The position numbers were made by a program, and so were the translations under genes. The notes beneath the pieces are model-generated. The model had not been told where the DNA came from and searched no databases. It saw nothing but the letters and a program-made list of their open reading frames with translations. Positions 1-9,275 of a stretch of DNA of 64,000 bases are shown here, one piece after another (position 1 is the first letter of the stretch; each line of letters begins with the position of its first letter). The stretch is from a virus (Duplodnaviria > Heunggongvirae > Uroviricota > Caudoviricetes): the IMG/VR virus record IMGVR_UViG_3300045988_158233. One strand, given 5' to 3'.

Positions 1-1
1 A

Positions 2-2902
2 GCCAGTTCGGCGGCGTCATCGGCATCATCTGCGTCTGCTTCAAAAGATGAGGCGACCAGACAGGCGTCAGCAGCGAAGGGCAGCGCCACGACGGCATCC
101 ACGAAAGCAACAGAGGCGGCAGGCAGTGCGACGGCAGCATCTCAGAGCAAAACTGCTGCTGAATCCGCTGCGACCCGTGCGGAAGCTGCTGCTGATCGTG
201 CTGAAGAGATTGCCGGTGCAGTTGCGATGGAAGACGCAAGCCTTACAACTAAAGGTGTTGTGAAACTTAGCAGTGCTGTCGATAGCACCAGTGAATCGCT
301 GGCCGCAACGCCAAAAGCAGTTAAGGCCGCATATGATAATGCTGAAAAAAGACTACAGAAGGATCAGAATGGTGCTGATATCCCAGACAAGGGCCGCTTC
401 CTGAGTAACATTAATGTTTACAGCAAAGGTGAAGTGGATAAGAAAAAGGGGATGCGAAAATACACTTTCTCTGCTCCTGCAAATGCAGTAAGCGGTAAGT
501 GGTATCCTGTAGTCTTTCGCCGAACTGGTGGTGGCACAGATGAATTAGCCTCACGAGTGGTTATCACCACTTATTCCTCAGCTGGCGGATACGCTATGAA
601 TAATTGTGAGTTTAATGGTTTTGTTATGCCGGGCGGTTGGTCTGATCGCGGTTCATATGCTGTTGGTTTTTTCTCAATATATTCAACCGTTGAACGATCT
701 ATACACTCGATTATCGCAAGCGTGAAAGATGATGATTTGTGTAGTGTATTTTACGTTGAGACAAGAGCATTCCCTATCCAGATTTTTGCTGAGGAAGGAT
801 TAAATGTGATTGTTCCAACGGCTGATTATGCAGTTGGTCAAACCACTTATAAGTGGGGGGCCACTGATCCTTTATCAGAAAGTACGAATGCACAGATAAT
901 TTTGGACTTTAAAAATGGACGAGGTTATTACTGTTCACATCCATTTATTTCAAGTCTTTCAGGAAATGCTGCTACAGCAACGAAATTACAGACGGCAAGA
1001 TCTATCGGTGGAGTTGGTTTCGACGGTTCTGCCAATATTAATCTTCCAGGTGTAAACACTACGGGTAATCAGAACACCACTGGTAATGCCGCAACTGCTA
1101 CAAAACTACAGACGGCAAGAACTATCGGCGGCGTGAGCTTTGATGGTACTGCAAATATTAATTTGCCAGGTGTTAATACGACTGGTAATCAGAATACAAC
1201 AGGTAATGCGGCTACTGCTACGAAGTTGCAGACTGCGCGTACTATTAATGGGGTGTCGTTTGACGGTTCGGCAAATATTTCCTTGTCACCAGCAAATATA
1301 GGTTGCCCAGCATCTCCTACTGGTTGGTTAACTACAGGAAGTAATGGCGGAGCAATAACAACAGCCCAGTTAGTGACGTTATTGCAAAATAATGGAGCCT
1401 TTAACACAAAGGCATGGATTGCTCGATGTGCGTGGGCCTATGCCAATAGCGCAACCATACCAAATAGTGAAACTGGTTGTGGCGTTATTCCATTGGCAGG
1501 AGCTGTTATAGAAGTATTTAATAACGGTAGTAGTTCAAATAATTATACGATCCGCATAACAACGGCCACAACGACAAGTGTTTCCGGTGCTCTCACTAAT
1601 GCGGAGTTTATCTATGTATTTAATGGCACAGATTATTCTCCAGGATGGCGAAGAGTATATAACACGAAAAACAAACCAACAGCCTCTGATGTCGGTGCAT
1701 TACCTCTTACCGGTGGTACATTATCTGGAGGTTTGACATCTTCTGGCGAGATCATTTCAAAATATGCAAATGGTTTCCGCATTGCTTACGGTAGCTTTGG
1801 GTTCTTTATCCGTAATGATGGATCGAACACATATTTCATGCTAACAGCATCAGGAGACACATTAGGTTCATGGAACGGTTTGCGACCTATTACAATTAAT
1901 AATACCAGCGGTGCTGTATCAATTGGTAATGGACTAAATGTGACTGGTGGCGTAAATGGTAGTTTGAACGGTAATGCTTCAACAGCTACGAAGTTGCAAA
2001 CAGCGAGAAACATCAATGGTGTTAAGTTTGATGGCTCAGGCGATATCAACATTAATACATTGGTATCTCGTGGCCGAGTTACGGCGTTAAGCGGTTCTAC
2101 TCAAGGTACTGCTGGCATTCAAATGTACGAGGCGTACAACAATAGCTACCCGACCACGTATGGCAACGTATTGCACATGAAAGGTGCGAGTGCTGCTGGT
2201 GAGGGCGAGTTGCTTATTGGCTGGAGTGGTACGAGCGGTGCACATGCGCCGGTTTTCATTCGCTCCAGAAGAGATACCACTGATGCGGCATGGTCAGCGT
2301 GGGCGCAGGTATATACCGCTAAGGATTCAATCCCTGGTGTGAATACAACCGGTAATCAGAATACTACTGGTAATGCCGCAACAGCCACAAAATTGCAGAC
2401 AGCAAGGAAAATTGCTGGTGTGGCGTTTGATGGCTCTGCCGATATAACTTTGACTGCGGCTAACCTTAATGCTTACACGAAAACAGAGGTAACAAACCTT
2501 CTAAGTTCCTATGTGAAGAGCAGTGCTCTTCCAAGCATGACTGTGCGAACTTCCTCTGTTTCAGGTGGGGATATGGGCATGAGCTTGTCCGCATTCATTA
2601 GCCACCTAAAATCAAATGGGGCGTTTAGCAAAAGTTATTGGATTGGCTTTGGCGATGCTATGGGATTCAATGCTGGCAGTATCAACAATATAACGGGATT
2701 TGGTGCTGTAGAATTAGCAGAATCTATAATCGAAGTTTTTAATCTACCTAACGGTGATTATACAATTCGTTTAACAACGTCACATAAAGCTGACTACGGT
2801 GGAGTTACAAACGCAATCCTCGTTTATCACTACCGTAGTAATAGAAGTCCGTCAGGTCAATGGCTGAAATTTGCAGGTACTGTTGGGGCAACAAGTAACT
2901 GA
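2..2902 (+). CDS. Tail fibre protein, 5'-partial (frame open from the window edge)
   Basis: Track ORF 227..2902 stays open in the same frame back to position 2 with an Ala/Ser/Thr-rich region; at least five copies of a ~30-aa repeat GNAATATKLQTAR-I-GV-FDG-ANINLPGVNTTGNQNTT typical of phage tail-fibre repeats; Gly/Ser/Thr/Asn-rich composition. Confidence 0.8.
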   Translation, partial: ASSAASSASSASASKDEATRQASAAKGSATTASTKATEAAGSATAASQSKTAAESAATRAEAAADRAEEIAGAVAMEDASLTTKGVVKLSSAVDSTSESLAATPKAVKAAYDNAEKRLQKDQNGADIPDKGRFLSNINVYSKGEVDKKKGMRKYTFSAPANAVSGKWYPVVFRRTGGGTDELASRVVITTYSSAGGYAMNNCEFNGFVMPGGWSDRGSYAVGFFSIYSTVERSIHSIIASVKDDDLCSVFYVETRAFPIQIFAEEGLNVIVPTADYAVGQTTYKWGATDPLSESTNAQIILDFKNGRGYYCSHPFISSLSGNAATATKLQTARSIGGVGFDGSANINLPGVNTTGNQNTTGNAATATKLQTARTIGGVSFDGTANINLPGVNTTGNQNTTGNAATATKLQTARTINGVSFDGSANISLSPANIGCPASPTGWLTTGSNGGAITTAQLVTLLQNNGAFNTKAWIARCAWAYANSATIPNSETGCGVIPLAGAVIEVFNNGSSSNNYTIRITTATTTSVSGALTNAEFIYVFNGTDYSPGWRRVYNTKNKPTASDVGALPLTGGTLSGGLTSSGEIISKYANGFRIAYGSFGFFIRNDGSNTYFMLTASGDTLGSWNGLRPITINNTSGAVSIGNGLNVTGGVNGSLNGNASTATKLQTARNINGVKFDGSGDININTLVSRGRVTALSGSTQGTAGIQMYEAYNNSYPTTYGNVLHMKGASAAGEGELLIGWSGTSGAHAPVFIRSRRDTTDAAWSAWAQVYTAKDSIPGVNTTGNQNTTGNAATATKLQTARKIAGVAFDGSADITLTAANLNAYTKTEVTNLLSSYVKSSALPSMTVRTSSVSGGDMGMSLSAFISHLKSNGAFSKSYWIGFGDAMGFNAGSINNITGFGAVELAESIIEVFNLPNGDYTIRLTTSHKADYGGVTNAILVYHYRSNRSPSGQWLKFAGTVGATSN

Positions 2903-3092
2903 TTTAGACATTATTTATATGGCTGTGAGGTTTAAAATGCGATCTCACAGCCGCAATCATAGGGATATATTAGTGAGTTACTAGATACGAATTTGAACAG
3001 CCGTTAAACGGCATATGCATAGATAGGTAAGTATATACCTATAATTGAAAGGAGAAGTGTGATATAAATCCGCCATCCCGATTTGACTTTTC

Positions 3093-3428
3093 ATGGAGGA
3101 AAATATGTCGAACGAGATGGCGGGCGTTACAACAGAGCAAGTTGAGCGTATTGCCGCGATCGTTGCTCGGGAGGTTGTTGGTAAATTAGGTAAAGAGCTA
3201 CGTGAAGAAATTGGCCAGGAGGTCAATGATCAGCTGAAAACCTACTTTGGTGATATGACCCCGGCGCAACATAGTATTCAACACTCCAATCTGGACAAAC
3301 TCCTTAACCGGTTAGATTCCATCTCCAGTGGGTTCTTTGGCGGCATTGTTTCTAAAATAACGTCGTTCATTATTACTGCACTGCTTTTGGGGTTAGCCGC
3401 GTATGGCGTAAAAAATGGACTGCAATAA
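3093..3428 (+). CDS. Small membrane protein with one C-terminal TM helix; possible holin (by position only)
   Basis: 111-aa ORF; C-terminal hydrophobic segment ITSFIITALLLGLAAYGV; directly precedes and overlaps the next gene ahead of the spanin pair. Confidence 0.3.
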   Translation: MEENMSNEMAGVTTEQVERIAAIVAREVVGKLGKELREEIGQEVNDQLKTYFGDMTPAQHSIQHSNLDKLLNRLDSISSGFFGGIVSKITSFIITALLLGLAAYGVKNGLQ

Positions 3429-4134
3429 CAGGAGATCAAGGATGAAGACTCCGAGAGGCATTCGTAATAATAACCCCGGTAATCTTGATAAAGGATCACC
3501 GTGGCAAGGTCTGGTTGCGAATCCAGACGAACCGCGCTTTTGCACGTTTAAAGACCCTGTTTGGGGGATTCGTGCGCTGGCGGTGACTCTAATTACCTAC
3601 CACGACAAACGTCGCGCAAAAGACGGCTCAAGTATCGATACCATTCGTGAAGTTATTGAACGTTGGGCACCGCCGAATGAAAACAATACTGACGCCTACA
3701 TTAATGAGGTGTCTAAAGCCGTTGGTGTAACCGCAGACATGATCATCGATCTGCATGATTACGACATCCTTCGACCTTTGGTTGAGGCAATCATTCGCCA
3801 TGAGAATGGGCGAGGTCCGCTAAAAACGCTGAACACCTGGTATGCGGCAGAAGTTATTGAGGAAGGTCTGCGTCGAGCTGGCGTCGTTAAGCCGGTGAAA
3901 ACCGTGAAGGCTGTTCCTGTAACTAAAGAAACCGCAGGCGCAACTGTCACAGCAGGTATTGGTCTGGCGCAGCTGGCCGATGTTATGCAGCAGGTTTCCG
4001 CTGCTATGGATAAAGCACAAGGTCATATCTCTAGCGGGGATACAGTACGCATCATCTTCGGTATTGCCACTATTGTTGTGGCAGGATTCATTGCCTGGTC
4101 GCAGGTAAGAAAACACCAGAAAGGGATGGTCTAA
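3415..4134 (+). CDS. Conserved phage protein in endolysin position (fold not recognised), C-terminal TM anchor
   Basis: 239-aa ORF with GIRNNNPGNL motif near the N-terminus and hydrophobic C-terminus IIFGIATIVVAGFIAWSQV; lies between the putative holin and the spanins. Confidence 0.35.
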   Translation: MDCNNRRSRMKTPRGIRNNNPGNLDKGSPWQGLVANPDEPRFCTFKDPVWGIRALAVTLITYHDKRRAKDGSSIDTIREVIERWAPPNENNTDAYINEVSKAVGVTADMIIDLHDYDILRPLVEAIIRHENGRGPLKTLNTWYAAEVIEEGLRRAGVVKPVKTVKAVPVTKETAGATVTAGIGLAQLADVMQQVSAAMDKAQGHISSGDTVRIIFGIATIVVAGFIAWSQVRKHQKGMV

Positions 4135-4135
4135 T

Positions 4136-4387
4136 ATGCTAGGCAGCCTGATGACAAAGCTAAAAGTTGCTTTGATTACGCTGGCTGCCGTTCTTTTCGT
4201 TCTTGTCGGCGCTTACACGATGGGCGGAAATGCGGCGCGACGAGCAATGGAAGAGAAGGCAAAACAGGAAGACAGAAAACGACTTCAAAGCACAGTGGAT
4301 GTCAAAAATGAAACGGTTAATGAAGTGCGGCAAAAAGATGCCTCTGGTGTTCATCGCGAGCTGTTTGATAAATGGGTGCGTGATTAA
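4136..4387 (+). CDS. Putative i-spanin (Rz-like)
   Basis: 83-aa ORF; N-terminal TM helix VALITLAAVLFVLVGAY followed by a charged, helical periplasmic region; the o-spanin candidate overlaps it in another frame. Confidence 0.5.
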   Translation: MLGSLMTKLKVALITLAAVLFVLVGAYTMGGNAARRAMEEKAKQEDRKRLQSTVDVKNETVNEVRQKDASGVHRELFDKWVRD

Positions 4388-4535
4388 GACGCAGGCTCCA
4401 GGCGTGCTATTCTGCGATGCTGCAAATCCTATCTATGTGAGTAGAGAGGATTTTATGACTGAGGAAACGGAGCGACAGTTGCTTATCCACAATACGATAG
4501 GTGAAAGGCTGTGTGAGTGGGGGCACCTGAACTGA
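4308..4535 (+). CDS. Putative o-spanin (Rz1-like outer-membrane lipoprotein), overlapping the i-spanin in a different frame
   Basis: Internal Met of track ORF 4203..4535 gives MKRLMKCGKKMPLVFIASC-LINGC: lipoprotein signal with lipobox-like IASC; starts inside the i-spanin ORF and extends past its stop. The exact start (4308, 4320 or 4338) is uncertain. Confidence 0.5.
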   Translation: MKRLMKCGKKMPLVFIASCLINGCVIKTQAPGVLFCDAANPIYVSREDFMTEETERQLLIHNTIGERLCEWGHLN

Positions 4536-4759
4536 GTCGATGATTGATGAGTGGTCTCAGTTTACCTTTTATCCTAAAGATGGCATCTTCACTCATATAC
4601 ACGCCTGTTCACTCAAGCTCATGTTGAATCATTTAGTAATTTGATGTAGATTTATTAGGCATCCACGTAAGTGGACACATACAGGCTACGCATCCTCGTA
4701 GCCTTCAACCCCGAGAGGGGTGCCGCAATGACACTTGTGTTAACGGCTAAGGTGGACAC

Positions 4760-5143
4760 ATGCTGAACGAGAAACGTTCTATACAAACTATTCGCGATTG
4801 CACGAGTATTATCGAGACTCATGTGCTGAATCAGCACAAGCTTGAAGTACGTAAGCTCAATAATGACGCTATTGAACCGGAAGACTCACGCTTCATCGTT
4901 ACCTTCAAAGACGATGTTGAGCGCGCTGGTGCAAGCGTGAAGCCATTAGCTGAAGCAATTTACCTGAATGGTCGTGTTCGTTTTGTAGTCAAGCCAGCTA
5001 AACAGTACCCTGAGCTGTCTCGTTTTATCGAGGCTTTTTCGGAGGTTATTGAACATTCTATTCGCCGCTTCTTACGCAATCATGGTAGCATTGTCAGCAC
5101 GGTTAAGGCTGATGATTCTGCTACAAAATGGCTCCTACACTAG
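4760..5143 (+). CDS. Hypothetical protein
   Basis: 127-aa ORF in the track, co-oriented with the backbone. Confidence 0.4.
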   Translation: MLNEKRSIQTIRDCTSIIETHVLNQHKLEVRKLNNDAIEPEDSRFIVTFKDDVERAGASVKPLAEAIYLNGRVRFVVKPAKQYPELSRFIEAFSEVIEHSIRRFLRNHGSIVSTVKADDSATKWLLH

Positions 5144-5880
5144 ATAGCGCATATTCAAAAGATCTAAGCGAGTTTCCTCATAAAGGGGAGACTCGTGTTG
5201 TTCGTTTTGGCTTTCTTATCAATGAAGCCTCCCTCTATAAAATCTCAGAAATTGAAATCATTGAACCAGAAGATGACATTTGCCTGTATGTCTCTATGGA
5301 ACGTGTAGGTGCGCGCGACCAAGGCGACCTGAGCGAATTCATCTTAGATCGAGCGGATGAAGATGCCCCTGAAGAAGAGATTATCAAAGAGGTGCTCCAG
5401 TCCGGGCTTCTGGACGAAAACAAAAATACGATCGCTGGTAGGATAGCTCTGCGTGAATATAGTTTTGTTGAAGACGGTAATGAGATCGAATGTTACCAGG
5501 TAGCCGGTGTCGAAACTGTCAGAGAGCGTCGTCAGCGAGGATTGTGTCACCGTACCTATCTCTTTCTTCTTCATTGGTATGAGCATTTAGTCTGCGACGA
5601 TACACAAACCATTCCTGGTGCTAAGATCTGGGCAGGGCCTCTCATGCGAACCGGCGATGTGCGTATATACAATGCCAAAACAGAAACGTTCGAGGATGTG
5701 TTAGGTGAGTACGGGATGGGGAAAGAAACCGGATTTTTGCCGTGGAACAGAGGATTGTTGCTTGATGCAGAGTTAAGCTCTTGGCTCCCAAACAAAGTGC
5801 AAGTTAACGTTCAGAAATTTATCGTACTTATCATCTCCCGCAAAACAAGAACTCCAGTAGGTTTATACCTAAAAGATTAA
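5128..5880 (+). CDS. Hypothetical protein
   Basis: 250-aa ORF, acidic; followed by a hairpin terminator. Confidence 0.4.
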   Translation: MAPTLDSAYSKDLSEFPHKGETRVVRFGFLINEASLYKISEIEIIEPEDDICLYVSMERVGARDQGDLSEFILDRADEDAPEEEIIKEVLQSGLLDENKNTIAGRIALREYSFVEDGNEIECYQVAGVETVRERRQRGLCHRTYLFLLHWYEHLVCDDTQTIPGAKIWAGPLMRTGDVRIYNAKTETFEDVLGEYGMGKETGFLPWNRGLLLDAELSSWLPNKVQVNVQKFIVLIISRKTRTPVGLYLKD

Positions 5881-5885
5881 AAATC

Positions 5886-5908
5886 AGGCGACTTTGGTCG
5901 CCTTTTTG
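5886..5908 (+). terminator. Rho-independent terminator
   Basis: aggcgac-tttg-gtcgcct hairpin followed by a T-run. Confidence 0.6.
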
Positions 5909-6055
5909 TTAACAGCCATTGATTCTCGCCTAAAAATTCTAAGGCAGCACCTACCATTTAACCTTTACACCACAGCCGTAGGCATTTAGGCTATATCACA
6001 TATAAGAAAACAAGTTGTTTCAGACGATAATTATATACGCAAAGGGAACTCTCCA

Positions 6056-6724
6056 ATGACCAAGATCTTTGTGGTTGGCGGCACAAAGGGCGGGCCTGGC
6101 AAATCCACCGTTGCCCAGCAAATTGCCGTTTGCCTGAAAGTCAAAAAGAAGAAGAAGGTTTATATCACCGATATAGATATTCAGCGCACGACAACGAGCT
6201 GGTGTGAAGACCGTCGACAGAACGAAGATCTTGAGCTGATTCCTTTTGCATACGTTCAAGATGACATCATTAAGCACCTAAAATCGCTTCAGGGTAGAGC
6301 TGAGTATGTAGTGGTAGATGCTGGTGGCTTTGACTCCGAAATTCAGCGACAAGCGATGCTGATGGCCGACGTTATCATTATCCCGCTGCGTCCTAAGCGT
6401 CGTGATTTGAAATCTTTACGTGACATCGATCCTATTATCGACAATGTTCGCAATGTAAACGACAAAGTGAAAGTCCGCGCGGTCATGAACCAATGCCCGG
6501 CTTTGCCATCACAAGTGTCTCGCATTCTAGCGGCTAAAGAGATTGTCGAGACGTTTGGCATCGAGTCTGCGCCAGTCAATCTATATAACCGCAACGTCTA
6601 TGATGATGCGGAAGAGTCTGGTCGTTCTATCTTTGAAATGACCGGTAGCGAGCGCGACAAAAAGGCGGAAGCCGAGTTTGAAGAATTTGTAGATTATCTG
6701 TTGAGTCTGGAGGAAGAAGAATAA
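6056..6724 (+). CDS. parA: ParA-family partition ATPase
   Basis: Deviant Walker A VVGGTKGGPGKST at the N-terminus; ~220 aa, the size of small ParA proteins; followed immediately by a small DNA-binding partner. Confidence 0.8.
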   Translation: MTKIFVVGGTKGGPGKSTVAQQIAVCLKVKKKKKVYITDIDIQRTTTSWCEDRRQNEDLELIPFAYVQDDIIKHLKSLQGRAEYVVVDAGGFDSEIQRQAMLMADVIIIPLRPKRRDLKSLRDIDPIIDNVRNVNDKVKVRAVMNQCPALPSQVSRILAAKEIVETFGIESAPVNLYNRNVYDDAEESGRSIFEMTGSERDKKAEAEFEEFVDYLLSLEEEE

Positions 6725-7083
6725 TGTCCATGAAAATGGGTGACCTAGCAAAGCGCAAAGAGCCTGATGCACCGGCTAAGAACACAACTCCTTTGCGCCA
6801 ACCAATCAGACCACAGGGACGCCCGACTCGTGGCAAAGAGAAAATTAAAAGCCGCACGATGTCACTGGAAGACGAATACTTCGAACTGCTGGAGATGATG
6901 AAGTTCATCCCTCGCTTCGAGAAGTTCACCCGTTCTGACGTGATTCGCGCAGCCATTTTCCATCTGGCAGAGAAGTCACCGCAGGAAATCGAGGACATCG
7001 TGAAACTTAACGAGGCGATCACTGCTGCCGATGTCACGATGCGTACCGATGAAATTAAACGCGAGTTAATGAAGAAAGGTTGA
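6724..7083 (+). CDS. Small partition partner protein (ParG/ParB-like, probable ribbon-helix-helix)
   Basis: 119-aa ORF start-overlapping the parA stop (ATGA); basic N-terminal tail then SLEDEYFELLEMM...RSDVIRAAIFHLAE, resembling RHH/CopG-type folds. Confidence 0.5.
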   Translation: MSMKMGDLAKRKEPDAPAKNTTPLRQPIRPQGRPTRGKEKIKSRTMSLEDEYFELLEMMKFIPRFEKFTRSDVIRAAIFHLAEKSPQEIEDIVKLNEAITAADVTMRTDEIKRELMKKG

Positions 7084-7093
7084 TATAAATCTC

Positions 7094-7122
7094 TAAGGCT
7101 GGTCTGCATTGGACAGCCTTAG
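7094..7122. terminator. Hairpin between convergent genes (probable bidirectional terminator)
   Basis: aaggctg...cagcctt inverted repeat between the + gene ending 7083 and the - gene ending 7144. Confidence 0.45.
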
Positions 7123-7143
7123 AAATATTTCGTTCTATGAAAG

Positions 7144-8217
7144 CTATTCGTAGTTAAGCTCACCGAACAGACTGAACATCAAGTCACCATCCAAAATTTC
7201 AAAGGGCAACTCGACATACTCATCCTTATGTCTCGGAATTGCGTTGCCGTCGTTAGGGGCATTCTTGGTATAACCTTTTACATGTTTACCGTTTTCTTTT
7301 GTATACGGCAGCACGACAATTCGACCGTGATTTTTTGAAATGATAGTTCCTTCTTTCCAGAGCGTATTGCCTCTTGAGGTGGTTTCGCTTTCGCTAGCAA
7401 CTTTAACACTCCAACCTACCTGATTTTTGTCCTCAAACCAGAAAACAAAGTTGCCAACAACCAGTACCTTTTGCCCATTCCTGAGAGCTTCATCCAGCAT
7501 TCTTTTTACGCTGGCGAGTTGCAGTAACCGGTTAGCACGCGGCAGAAGCATTGAGCGAATAGTCGCTTTTGTTTTTCCCCAATGTGCAGCGCCTGATAAA
7601 CCAAAACCTCTGGCTATGCGTTCTTGGTAGCAGATCTTCGCTGTCTTAGCTTTGTTGTTATATGAACATTCCCAAGTGTTAGGAGCAACGAGTTGAAGTG
7701 AAACTTGGAATTTGGGAAGAAAAACAAAATGTAAGTAAGGCATCTCGCTTAGCACGTCAAAAAGGGGTTGACGCAAAGTTTCGTAATCTGGGTTAATTAT
7801 TAACTCATTTAATGTCACTCGCGGATCGTTGGCGTGTGCCTTAATTGCTTCGTTGAGCATTATATGCTCTTCATCCATGAGACGTGATTTGGCTTTGAGT
7901 GCTTTGTCAACTTTCAAACGCAATGACTTCTTTTGAAACATAGATAGAGGAAGTTTTTCAATGTCAAAGCTCACGTTTTTATTCAGCTCTAATGCCGCTT
8001 TTCTTGCTTCAGGATAGTTATCGTAGTCGTCATCAAAAGCGTGGTTTGGCATACCACGATCAACATATCGCCGATACCAAGCAAGGGTTCCATCATTACG
8101 GAGTTTCAGACAGAACATCGACCATTTATTCCGTTCATATTTAGGCTGAGGCCAAAAAGCCAGTTCGGGAAGGCCATATCCTGGAAGTCTATTCATGCGC
8201 ATGGTGACAATATCCAC
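7144..8217 (-). CDS. Hypothetical protein (oppositely oriented moron-like gene)
   Basis: 357-aa ORF on the minus strand, convergent with the partition operon; no motif recognised. Confidence 0.5.
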   Translation of the reverse strand: MDIVTMRMNRLPGYGLPELAFWPQPKYERNKWSMFCLKLRNDGTLAWYRRYVDRGMPNHAFDDDYDNYPEARKAALELNKNVSFDIEKLPLSMFQKKSLRLKVDKALKAKSRLMDEEHIMLNEAIKAHANDPRVTLNELIINPDYETLRQPLFDVLSEMPYLHFVFLPKFQVSLQLVAPNTWECSYNNKAKTAKICYQERIARGFGLSGAAHWGKTKATIRSMLLPRANRLLQLASVKRMLDEALRNGQKVLVVGNFVFWFEDKNQVGWSVKVASESETTSRGNTLWKEGTIISKNHGRIVVLPYTKENGKHVKGYTKNAPNDGNAIPRHKDEYVELPFEILDGDLMFSLFGELNYE

Positions 8218-8320
8218 GAGGCTAAAACACTGATTCTAACATGATCTCCCTTGATAAATCTGTCAATGACATAGCATCTGGGGTTGGAGTCAAATTATGT
8301 TGTTCTTGGTATCCATTAGG

Positions 8321-8376
8321 AGCCTGTTTCTGTATATAAATAATAAGTAACTTATTAAATATATACGGAAGCAGGT
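8321..8376 (+). other. Long conserved hairpin (copy 1 of a family with 53698..53731 and 55461..55519)
   Basis: agcctgtttctgtatata ... tatacggaagcaggt: ~14-16-bp stem with two G-U pairs and an AT-rich loop, followed by T-run. Confidence 0.5.
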
Positions 8377-8482
8377 CTTTTAAAAGACACCACCAGACCA
8401 ACTCCCTTCCGTTTTCACTTCCAAAAACTGACACCAGTCGCTATCATCCGCTCATTGTGATAAGTAAGTAACTACCTACCAG

Positions 8483-9232
8483 GTGAGCCACATGAGCCAA
8501 ATCTTTTTCGATACCATCGACAACGACCAGTACGACTTCATGACAGAGTGGAATACCGCTGTTATGGACAAGTGGGTCGCTGAAAACATTGGTTTGTCGC
8601 GCTGTAAAGACGAGGCTGAACTCTTCGAGACGAAGTGGTTTGATTACCGCGACATGCATCCTCTGATGGCCACCTGTCTATTTACGGAGGCATACAAACG
8701 TCAGTACTCAAATATCATGCTGACGCACGGTCGCGAACACTTTGAAACAGCTCCGTTCACCACCGGGTTAAAACGCCTGCCTTATCAGGAGTTGTCGACT
8801 GCCAATAAAACGTCGCTATGGAAAGCACGCCAGTTTGCTGACCGCTATTGCTGCTCATACGACTACTTTATCTCCACCGTTCTTTCCGCAGCTGCACGAC
8901 GACTGTGGGACAAGCTGCCGCGTCCGCAGCATTTGTGGCAGCCAGAACTGATTGAGATATTTGAAGATAAATTAGCCAGACGCGCAACAACCCGTCTGGA
9001 TGACTCTCTGGTTAGCTTTAAGCATATGGGAGACATGCAGTTCAACCCGATTCAGGAAAGCTATTTTGAGTGGATTCTGGAGCGTTTACGCGCCATCCCC
9101 CGCAGCAAGCGCATACGCGCAATTTTCTCCGCTATCTGGCTAATGGAAATCGTTCCAGAGCGCCTTATTTCCGCCCACTTTCCAGAAGAACTGGAAGAAG
9201 CACGGCGGTTTATTGATCCCCTATCTAATTAA
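8483..9232 (+). CDS. Hypothetical protein (first gene of the replication block)
   Basis: 249-aa ORF immediately upstream of the helicase; no motif recognised. Confidence 0.4.
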   Translation: MSHMSQIFFDTIDNDQYDFMTEWNTAVMDKWVAENIGLSRCKDEAELFETKWFDYRDMHPLMATCLFTEAYKRQYSNIMLTHGREHFETAPFTTGLKRLPYQELSTANKTSLWKARQFADRYCCSYDYFISTVLSAAARRLWDKLPRPQHLWQPELIEIFEDKLARRATTRLDDSLVSFKHMGDMQFNPIQESYFEWILERLRAIPRSKRIRAIFSAIWLMEIVPERLISAHFPEELEEARRFIDPLSN

Positions 9233-9243
9233 CTAATACTAGA

Positions 9244-9256
9244 AAACAATTTGTTT
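9244..9256. promoter_or_regulatory. AAACAA-T-TTGTTT palindromic site (family member)
   Basis: Perfect 6-1-6 palindrome ~26 nt upstream of the helicase start; the same motif recurs upstream of at least five other genes. Confidence 0.5.
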
Positions 9257-9275
9257 AAAAAACAAAGGAAAGCAC

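Noticed and set aside
48-263. 71-aa Arg/Gln-rich ORF at the window start
   Set aside because: Lies in an alternative frame across the in-frame upstream continuation of the tail-fibre gene; highly basic low-complexity product typical of an out-of-frame read of GC-rich coding DNA.
4203-4307. Full-length 110-aa version of the embedded o-spanin ORF
   Set aside because: The first 35 codons precede the lipoprotein signal and would place the lipobox too far from the N-terminus; the internal start at 4308 (or nearby) is more plausible.
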